A stretch of DNA of 61,629 bases, counting the filler, from Chiloscyllium plagiosum (taxonomy: Eukaryota), in the NCBI RefSeq assembly GCF_004010195.1. It is 5 parts of one record of this genome, joined end to end, with 100 filler letters (N's around TTAATTAATTAA, not from the genome) between each part and the next. Parts side by side here need not be neighbours in the genome. Positions count along the whole stretch, not along the records: positions 45,312 to 55,360 come from NC_057715.1; positions 55,461 to 61,629 come from NC_057715.1; 3 more parts are not named here. The stretch is one strand, 5' to 3'. Each line of letters begins with the position of its first letter. Within the stretch, counting starts at the first letter, position 1. A program made the position numbers and the translations under genes. The notes under the pieces were generated by a model, which saw nothing but the letters and a program-made list of their open reading frames with translations, did no database searches and was not told the DNA's origin. Below, in pieces: positions 49,954-59,087 of the stretch.

Positions 49954-51410
49954 ATTTTACCATTTTTACACACCAACTTTGCAACAGTCAGATGAAGTGA
50001 AGGGAAACACATAGAATTTATAGGCAGAGATGCAGAAAAGAAACTCGCTCATTTAAACAGTGCTTTCCAATATTTCTGGTTACAAAATACCTTAGGGTTA
50101 TGTACAAGATTTACACTTTACCTCCCCACTGACCTACCTTCTCATTCTGACAAACTCCGGAGATGTGCACTCAATATCAGCTACACTATTTCTTAAGAAA
50201 ATATGAACACAGCTCTGCACCATAGTTGGGGCATTCCTGTGACCTACATTTTCAATTTCTGAGTTGCAACCTCAGGATCTCTATCATCATCAAAATAATG
50301 ATAAAGAAATAAGCAAAGATCTAATGGAGCTCAAGCACCAACACCCACCTTATCTCTCTTCACCTATTCAGTGAAGTGCAGAAAAACAATTTGCTTGTGA
50401 ATGAGCTACTTAATCTATGAGCATTAATTTGTAATAGTGGTAGGAGAGGTATAGATAAGCAAAAGCATAATGAAACACATGGGGAGAGAATTAGCAATGT
50501 GGAAAGTTTTAAGAAGGGCCAGGACAGGATACAAAAGGCTTATCTTCTTGAGAGAATCAGTATTGGTTGCAGAGCAGGTCAGTGTTGGGGATCAAACAAT
50601 GACACTGAGGAGCTAAATTTCAGTGAGGCCGTACAAGGATTTGTGAATGAGAATCGGGGTTTGAACTGGATGTCTCTGAGAACAGGAAGACAATAGAGAC
50701 TGTACACAAAATGGATAACGGACAAACAAGATTTAGTGCAGAACAGGAACCAGGAAGTAGAATTTTGATTGAGTTAGAATTAATACAAAGTGAAGCTCAG
50801 GAGGAACAATGACAGAACTGGAGAAGCTTAGTCTCAAAAATAACAGAAACATGCTTTCCAGGTTCAGTGATCTTGGGAGTGTGGAAAGATTGCAGATGGA
50901 TTAAGTAACAATGACAGTGAAGTGGTGCTTGAGGTAAATTCAGATCTAAAGAGGCCCAGAGATAATGCAGTCTTAGTTTGAATGAGAACTCAGAAAAGTG
51001 AGAAAAAGCTTTGAGGATAGTTTTTCAGTAGCTCTGGACTTGGTAGCTTTTAAATTAGAGAATGTTTTAATCAGGATATAGGACACACAATTGTCCATGA
51101 TACTTGATTCAGTATGCTAAAGGATCTCAGCCTGAACTGCATATTCAGAGGCAAAGTGATTTGACATGTATTTTCATAATTTTGTTTTAATTTCCCACAA
51201 CTTATTATGTTTAATTCCTTACACTGCCTGATGCTCTGATCAATAACATGAATATTTGATTTTTCTGTTAGGATTTTGCATTTCAGAAATGTGTGCTTCT
51301 ATCTGGAGATGAAATTTAGAGCCAGACATTTTGGAAATACTGTTAGAATCAGAATAAGCTTTGGATCAGAAATATGTTCAGCTGTTGATGGGTTCTGAAT
51401 TTTACTTCTT

Positions 51411-51760
51411 AGAACATAGAACAGTACAGCATAGAACAGGCCCTTCAGCCCACAATGTTGTGCCGACCACTGATCCTCATGTATACACCCTCAAATTTCT
51501 GTGACCATATGCATGTCCAGCAGTCTCTTAAATGTCCCCAATGACCTTGCTTCCACAACTGCTGCTGGCAATGCATTCCATGCTCTCACAACACTCTGTG
51601 TAAAGAACCCACCTCTGACATCCACTCTATACTTTCCTCCTACCAGCTTAAAACTATGACCCCTCATGTTAGTCATTTCTGCCCTAGGAAATAGTCTCTG
51701 GCTATCGACTCTATCTATGCCTCTCCTTATCTTGTATAACTCAATTAGGTCCCCTCTCCT
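51411..51760 (-). mobile_element. CR1 LINE 3' end
   Basis: ORF 51491-51676 (RGHSFKLVGGKYR.DVRGGFFTQSVVRAWNALP) and a (TTCTATG)n tail. Confidence 0.85.
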
Positions 51761-52260
51761 NNNNNNNNNNNNNNNNNNNNNNNNNNNNNNNNNNNNNNNN
51801 NNNNNNNNNNNNNNNNNNNNNNNNNNNNNNNNNNNNNNNNNNNNNNNNNNNNNNNNNNNNNNNNNNNNNNNNNNNNNNNNNNNNNNNNNNNNNNNNNNNN
51901 NNNNNNNNNNNNNNNNNNNNNNNNNNNNNNNNNNNNNNNNNNNNNNNNNNNNNNNNNNNNNNNNNNNNNNNNNNNNNNNNNNNNNNNNNNNNNNNNNNNN
52001 NNNNNNNNNNNNNNNNNNNNNNNNNNNNNNNNNNNNNNNNNNNNNNNNNNNNNNNNNNNNNNNNNNNNNNNNNNNNNNNNNNNNNNNNNNNNNNNNNNNN
52101 NNNNNNNNNNNNNNNNNNNNNNNNNNNNNNNNNNNNNNNNNNNNNNNNNNNNNNNNNNNNNNNNNNNNNNNNNNNNNNNNNNNNNNNNNNNNNNNNNNNN
52201 NNNNNNNNNNNNNNNNNNNNNNNNNNNNNNNNNNNNNNNNNNNNNNNNNNNNNNNNNNNN
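51761..52260. other. Scaffold gap (500 N)
   Basis: Run of 500 N. Confidence 0.99.
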
Positions 52261-52262
52261 CC

Positions 52263-52460
52263 CTCGGAGGTATGATTATTGTGTTAATGTTGTGCGGATG
52301 TTGTTGTATTCCCTGTATTAGATCTTTGTTGAACAGGGTAATTATTACAGCAATTGAAGGGAAGGCTCCCCCGTCTTACCAGATGTCACAGATGGAGACG
52401 GAAACCATGGCTTTGGCAAGAGGGGAAGACTATGCATCAGGGAGCGAATATGATGTATAG
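52263..52460 (+). CDS. env: Endogenous retrovirus env: TM anchor and cytoplasmic tail (3' end)
   Basis: LGGMIIVLMLCGCCCIPCIRSLLNRVIITAIEGKAPPSYQMSQ...YDV*. A hydrophobic span plus the CGCCCIPC.R motif recalled from fish/amphibian ERV envs, directly followed by a PPT and LTR. Confidence 0.8.
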   Translation, partial: LGGMIIVLMLCGCCCIPCIRSLLNRVIITAIEGKAPPSYQMSQMETETMALARGEDYASGSEYDV

Positions 52461-52504
52461 AACTGGTTGGTTGGTCTCATTTTCATGAGACCAAAAGGGG
52501 GACT

Positions 52505-53226
52505 TGTAAATATATTNNNNNNNNNNNNNNNNNNNNNNNNNNNNNNNTGTGGTGACTCTGTAACCCAAGCAGGGGGGGTGCTCACGTGACGTCCCCGGCT
52601 TGCACCCGGAAGAGTGCGGGCGGTCACGTGACATCCCCGTCTCGCACCTGGAAGAGTGTGGGACGGTCACGTGACGTCCCGTTTCGCGCCCCGGAAGAGC
52701 GCGGGGCGGTCACGTGACGTCCCGTTTCGCGCCCCGGAAGAGCGCGGGGCGGTCACGTGACATCCCGTTTCGCACCCCGGAAGAGGGCGGGCAATCACGT
52801 GATGCTCCTTTTCGCGCCTCGGAGGTGGGTCGAGGAGGTCACGTGATGCTCCATTTCGCGGGCAAAAGAAGATCACGTGAGGTCGGTCATCTAGGAATGC
52901 GAGGAGGCGGGAAATGGAGTCAGAGCAACACCCAATCAGAAGATAATTCTACCTCAGTGTTTATATGACGTTTTTTATGGTATAAAAGACTGGGGCAGGG
53001 ATAAAACAAGGTCTTACTTTTTGAACTGGCACACGTTGTAGTTTGTCAGGGACAAAGAGGTTTAGACCCAGAGCTCTGAATGCCTTGTCCACTTACTGTG
53101 TAAAATAAATTAAGAGTGTGAGACTGAATATCTTCTCCTATTGCTTCATTTAAAAGAACACGCAGGACTTGGCTCACAGATAGAAGAAAGTAAATTTAAA
53201 TTGGTAGATTGAGCCAAAGTCCAACA
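52505..53226 (+). mobile_element. ERV 3' LTR (right boundary approximate)
   Basis: PPT AAAAGGGGGA (52493-52502), then TGTAAA. Tandem enhancer, CCAAT 52932-52936, TATAAAA 52981-52987, AATAAA 53104-53109. Candidate ...CCAACA end. Confidence 0.8.
52580..52880 (+). promoter_or_regulatory. About 43-bp tandem enhancer array in LTR U3 (8 CACGTG E-boxes)
   Basis: CACGTG at 52583, 52625, 52668, 52711, 52754, 52796, 52840 and 52874. Unit CGGTCACGTGACGTCCCGTTTCGCGCCCCGGAAGAGCGCGGGG. Confidence 0.8.
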
Positions 53227-53446
53227 CTGATCTAGTAACAGAAGCTGAGGTTGAAGCTTTCAGAAAATGGGCCTCAATTCCACTGCAGTACCTGCTGGAA
53301 ACGAACTTCAATTGATAACATTAATTACAACATATTAAGGTAACTATTGTTTAAAGATAAGATTTTGATCAGATCATTTGTATTTTCATGCAACTTGATT
53401 GATCTTAAAACAAATGTTTGCTGAAGGGCACTTTTTGTTTTCTTAG

Positions 53447-53493
53447 GATATCCTAAAATACGTCTCTGTTTTAAGCGATGTCACATTGTCTAA
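53447..53493 (+). CDS. Candidate orphan terminal coding exon ending in a CaaX-like motif
   Basis: Strong acceptor ctttttgttttcttag|. The phase-1 reading is (G/R)YPKIRLCFKRCHIV*, followed by about 1.1 kb of UTR-like AU-rich sequence. Gene not recognised. Confidence 0.3.
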
Positions 53494-54889
53494 GTGCAGC
53501 TGACCAGGGGTCACTGTGGTCTGTGGTATCTAGGACGCAGTATATTTCTGCCAGGCTCTCAAGAATGGTACGCATTCCAAACGCTTCTGTGCTGGTATAC
53601 ACAACAATACAAATATGAAAGTTAATGTTGAATGAATTTTTCCATTTCAAGGCACATGCTTGCACTAACATCTGCTCTTCAAAGTAGCCTGGGGTCCTTG
53701 TATATACCACCCTAACAGAGCGAGTAAAATGCTTTGTCATTGCCCTGTTGATTTTTAAGGGAATGGCACACAATTTATTTACAAGGATAACAAGATTATT
53801 AATCTTTTTTTTAAGAACTTATTTGTTGCTGTTTTACATGATGCAAAAGGAATTTAACACAAAATAAGTTTACTAAGAGCAAATTGTGTAGAAGTATGTG
53901 GTAATTTGTTTTTCCATCATTGTTCCAAAAGTGCTGCATTTCACATAAAATGGGACATAGGATTAAAAGAATACACCATTAATGCCACTAGAAGGCCAGT
54001 CAGTCAGAATGGATTTGTAAATAGCTCTGAAGAACAAGTTTGCTCACTTTCAATTTAGCTTAGCTTTTCTTTCAGGCAATTTGTGTAACACTGGAAGGGT
54101 CACTCGACTTGAAATATTAACTCTGATTTCTCTCCACTGATGCTGCCAGACCTGCTGAGCTTTTCCAGTAATTTCTATTTTTGTGTAGCACTGGAACCTT
54201 GTTTCAATTCAAAAGCATCCATCAAAGTTTTCTCTTCTCAAGTATAAAATGGTCTGTTTGGAAAGCTGAAAAGGTTTTCATTGAGAATATTGTAATAGAT
54301 GAAAACTAAGTGGTACTTGTACACAGTTTATTATGTTGTAACATCCTGTTAAGGTTTGCCAGTTCTGTAAATTAACGTGTAATGCATATCATAGCCATGT
54401 TAACTTGGGTGTGCAGTTATGACTTAAGTCACCTTTTTAATGTAAATAATGTATATGAACAAGCATTCCGCCCAAACTGTTTATGTTTCACGTAAACTTA
54501 TTGTAAATTTTATTTATTTATGTTTGCAGTATTCAAACTGTTTAAAGCGTTCACAAGTGGAATTATTTTTGTTTCATCTGATCACATTAAATTCATAAAA
54601 GCTGTATAATGTGCTTCTCCAAGTGGTATGAAATATTTAAAGGAAACTGACAAACTGCTTATGCTCAGTTGTGTTCTAAGTCATTGTTATTTCACACAAA
54701 AAGTTACAATTTTTCTAGATAAACTATTCTAATATGCTATTGTATTTGGCTGTGTTTAAGTTGAGTATTGAGGCTGGGTATTATTGGGTTTAGTCTTGCA
54801 TTGACAAGACTCAACCTGACCAGAATGACACTATTGGTAATGTCAACATTAAATCACTTTAAACAGTGATGGTATTGACTTATTATCTC

Positions 54890-55360
54890 ATAAAGTCATA
54901 GAGATGTACAGCATGGAAACAGACCCTTCAGTCCAACCAGTCCTTGCCGACAGATATCCCAACCCAATCTAGTCCCATATGCCAGCACTTGGTCCTTATC
55001 CCTCCAAACCCTTCCTATTCATATACCCATCCAAATGCCACTTAAATGTTGCAATTGTACCAGCCTCCACCACTCCCTCCAGCAGCTCATTCCATACCCG
55101 TACCATCCTCTGTGTGAAAAAGTGGCCGATTAGGTCTCTTTTATATCTTTCCCCTCTCACCCTAAACCTATGCCCTCTAGTTCTGGACTCCCTGACCCCA
55201 GGGAAAAGACTTTGCCTATTTACCCTATCCATGCCCCTCATCATTTTTTTAAACCTCGGTAAGCTCACCCTTAGCGTCTGACCCTCCAGGGAAAACAGCC
55301 CCAGCCTGTTCAGCCTCTCCCTATAGTTCAAATCCTCCAACCCTGGCAACATCCTTGTAA
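54890..55360 (-). mobile_element. CR1 LINE 3' fragment
   Basis: ORF 54996-55352 (LPGLEDLNYRERLNRLGLFSLE...FFTQRMVRVWNEL). Confidence 0.88.
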
Positions 55361-55460
55361 NNNNNNNNNNNNNNNNNNNNNNNNNNNNNNNNNNNNNNNN
55401 NNNNTTAATTAATTAANNNNNNNNNNNNNNNNNNNNNNNNNNNNNNNNNNNNNNNNNNNN

Positions 55461-55777
55461 AAATGTGTTGCTGGAAAAGCGCAGCAGGTCAGGCAGCATC
55501 CAGGGAACAGGAGAATCGACGTTTCGGGCATAAGCCCTTCTTCAGGAATGGGGAAAGTTTGTCCAGCAGGCTAAGATAAAAGGTAGGGAGGAGGGACTTG
55601 GGAGAGGGGCGTCGGAACATTTCCGACGCCCCTCTCCCAAGTCCCTCCTCCCTACCTTTTATCTTAGCCTGCTGGACAAACTTTCCCCATTCCTGAAGAA
55701 GGGCTTATGCCCGAAACGTCGATTCTCCTGTTCCCTGGATGCTGCCTGACCTGCTGCGCTTTTCCAGCAACACATTT
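55461..55777. repeat. Perfect inverted repeat of the Penelope terminal sequence (157-bp arms, 3-nt spacer)
   Basis: 55461-55617 is the reverse complement of 55621-55777. Confidence 0.9.
55689..55724 (+). ncRNA. Minimal hammerhead ribozyme motif
   Basis: ATTC-CTGAAGA-A-GGGC-TTAT-GCCC-GAAAC-GTC-GATT. Predicted cleavage after C55720. Confidence 0.7.
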
Positions 55778-55897
55778 CCAGCTCTGATCTCCAGCATCTG
55801 CAGACCTCACTTTCTCCTCAAAGATTGTTTATGTTTGCCAAACAACCTTCTTGATTCAGAATATTAACAATTAAGCAATTGTTTAATTAAACAATTT

Positions 55898-56206
55898 GGG
55901 GCGGCACGGTGGCTCAGTGGTTAGCACTGCTGCCTCACAACACCAGGAACCCAGGTTTGATTCCAGCCTCGGGCAACTCTCTGCATGGAGCTTGCACATT
56001 CTCCCTGTGGGTTTCTTCCGGGTGCTCCGGTTTCCTCCCACAGTCCAAAGATGTGCAAGCCAGGTGAATTGGCCATGCTAAATTGCCCGTAGAGTTAGGT
56101 GCATTAGTCAGAGGGAGATGGGTGTGGGTGGGTTACTCTTCAGAGGGTCGGTGTGGACTCGTTGGGCCAAAGGGCCTGTTCCCACACTGTAGAGAATCTA
56201 ATCTAA
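55898..56206 (+). mobile_element. Full-length HE1/V-SINE-like tRNA SINE
   Basis: GGGGCGGCACGGTGGCTCAGTGGTTAGCACTGCTGCCTCAC (A box), GGTTTGATTCC (B box) and an AATCTAATCTAA tail. Confidence 0.88.
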
Positions 56207-56648
56207 ACTGTGGAGTCTCATTCCTTCAGAGAGGTAACTGTCAGAGATTTTAGAAAAGTGAAATCCTTAGATTTAATGTTTTCTTGCCCTCCTTCCTTTT
56301 GTCTTTTTCCTTTTTTTCTAAATCCAAACTTTACTTCTGTCTGTTTCTCCACATGAACCTTCATTCCCATTAAATTCATCCACTTTAATTAATCTTGATG
56401 CTCAGCCCTCAGTCCACATTTAAATGTTAATGGCAAAGGAGATGAAATCTTGGCACTTTGGTCCATTAAATTCTCTGATGTGCGCTACTGTAACCACCTC
56501 ATGATGAGCTTACAAGTTACCACCCAAAAAATCTGAAATGCGCAAGGTAAAACATAAAGATCTACATCTTTAGACATCTTCTTCCAGCCTGAATGTTCTC
56601 CTTCTGGACTGCATCATTTTATTGAGATATTGGTCCGTGAGTTTCTGA

Positions 56649-56822
56649 GCTGAAAATGTGTTGCTGGAAAAGCGCAGCAGATCAGGCAGCATCCAAGGAA
56701 CAGGAGAAGGGCTTATGCCCGAAACGTCGATTCTCTTGTTCCTTGGATGCTGCCTGACCTGCTGCACTTTTCCAGCAACACATTTTCAGCTCTGATCTCC
56801 AGCATCTGCAGTCCTCACTTTC
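56649..56822. mobile_element. Fold-back Penelope-derived mini-insertion
   Basis: 15-bp TSD TCCGTGAGTTTCTGA (56634-56648 / 56823-56837). Inverted arms flank a 5'-truncated hammerhead (GAAGGGCTTATGCCCGAAACGTC). Confidence 0.85.
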
Positions 56823-58457
56823 TCCGTGAGTTTCTGACTCAGGTTACTTTGTGCATACAAACATTATATTAATGGAGATGTGAGTATTTATGAAAAGAAG
56901 AATAAAATTGATAGCAGCAATTCAACGGCCAAAAATATTGAATTGTTGGCTGTTCAGTCGTTAGCATTCTCGAGTTCCTAGACTTTAGTTGCATTGGTGT
57001 AACTACAGGAATCAGTAAGAGCAGTTCACATAGATATAAAATGAACTATTCATTGATCGTATCCAACCTCCCTTGACCTGAGAAACTGCCTAATAAGTGT
57101 CCAGTTTAAGTTTCCACAATGCATGCCTTCATTGAGGGGTTGGGCTGTCTCAATACAAAACTATGGAGAATTCCAGTCTTCTTTAATTTTTATTTAGTTC
57201 ACACAATATCTCTCTGAGCTGAGAAAATATTTGTAGTGAGGACTTTGGGACAATGAAACCCAGATGACGCGAATGGAAGAGAGTCTATCTGCCAACAGAT
57301 TAGAAGGGAGTTGATGCTTGACATAATGGTACAACGAGTTTAAAGGCTGACAGCTGGCGAGTGACTCTTGTGTTCCAATAGCACTCTTGCTGCATTAGCA
57401 TCAGTAAATTAATGGACTGTGTCTAAAAACCCAGTGATAAATTGATATAACATATCTTCTTAACTTCAGATGGCGTATTTAACTAATAGAAGTTCTCATT
57501 TGACATATGCAATGCTTAAACCAATATAACTTTACTATTTCTATATATATAGCAGGAGACATATTTTGTGAGGTTGCCTAAATAATAATTGCAACTGCAC
57601 TGCAACAATATATTAGTTGCATGGGGCACATTGGAATAGGTGTGATGTGGCAAACTGATGTTATTTAAATGTAAGGAGTTTTGTCGAGCAGTGCTATTGT
57701 CTCTACCTCTGGGCTAATGGAGCCAGGTTCAAATCCCACCTATTTCAGAAGTGTCTCATAAAATGTTTGAACAGATTCATTCAATACAAAATATCAATAC
57801 AAATGCAAGTGTTTATTGCTTATGATGTAGCACAGCATCCATGGAAGTAATAACCAACATTACAAATATAAACTTGATTTTACTCCAGTGTTTCATTCAA
57901 ATGACATCAGAACATCATGCACAAAGTTTGAATTTAAACTTTGTTATTGAATAAGAAACCAGAAGCATAACATAATCAGCTAACAAAATAGACCCTGATT
58001 GAAAATAAATTGGTTAGTTGAAATAGTTAGTAATTAAAGCAAGTCATGGAGGAAAACCATATTGGTTGGAGTTAAATCAAACCTTTGACTGCAGAAAAGA
58101 TTGGAAATTCTCAACAGTGTTGGTGGAGAGAGAAACTGAGGTAACTTTTCAAGTTAGGGCCTTTCAGCAGAATATTCCTTATGTTCAACAATCAAATGTA
58201 ACTGTCAATTTGCTGTTGGGACCTTTATATATCTGCTGCAGTTGTGCACTTTTTTTAGGTATAATTTTACTTCTCAGTTTCTGAAACAGTAATTAAGTAA
58301 TTATGGTTCCCCCATATCGATGAAAAATTTCATTTATTTCTAAAGCTGCATACGCTTGGTTGGGGGGAGGGGGGGGCGGGTGGTTGTTCGCATTCAGGAG
58401 CTCCTACCCCAGCATCAAGACCACAGGCTGCAATTCCAGGACTGAACATGGGGCTTG

Positions 58458-59087
58458 TGTTATGGACTAGGCCAGACCACTCAAAACATTCTTAAGCAGG
58501 CAGCCCAGACCATACCTTTGCAATTTGTTTTGGTAAAACATACTGTGAAAATTACCCAGAGTAAATTAGCTAGGTTGACTACCGGCTTTTAAAACAGACA
58601 AAACTTTATTCACAAAATTACAAAATGAGACACAAAGAACAGAATACAGAATCCCTACAGAACTCAGTCTATCCAAACTAGACTTAATTATGCTGTTCCG
58701 AATATACCCAACAGTCCCAATTAGCAAACCCCCTTAAAAAAAAGTAAAAGTGGAACAAATGCTGACAGGTTGAAGTTGGAAGGGCAGAAGGAGAGAGTTT
58801 AGCAGCCAATTTCCACACAGCTGAACTCCCAACTAGTTCTGGACCGAACTGCCCAGCTAGAGAGCTGACCACGCCCCCTTCATTATACAGGTCACTTCTA
58901 AAACATGACCACTTTGGCCTGAAGTCTCATCTGTTATAAACAAAAGGCCTCTCAAAATCCTTTTTCATCTTTGTATCAAACTAGCCACCTCAGAGCTGGG
59001 AGAGTTATATGACCCCTCTGAAAAAATCAAGGACATATCCTTGAGAAAAGGAACAGCTTTTAGAAAAAAAGGACCAGCTTTGTGACA
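58458..59087 (-). mobile_element. 3' LTR of a Gmr1-like Ty3/gypsy retrotransposon
   Basis: TG...CA termini. The minus-strand PPT AAAGGATGAGG immediately precedes TGTCACA at 59087. Homologous to the solo LTR at 9117-9749. Confidence 0.88.

Noticed and set aside
52580..52880. Regularly spaced palindromic repeats as a CRISPR-like array
   Set aside because: The spacers are homologous to each other, the context is a vertebrate retroviral LTR, and there are no cas genes.
55877..55896. 20-bp perfect palindrome AATTGTTTAATTAAACAATT before a SINE
   Set aside because: AT-rich and single, with no supporting context.
55898..55970. tRNA-like sequence as a tRNA gene (also at about 1720-1789 and 26665-26740)
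   Set aside because: It continues into a SINE body and tail, so it is a SINE head.
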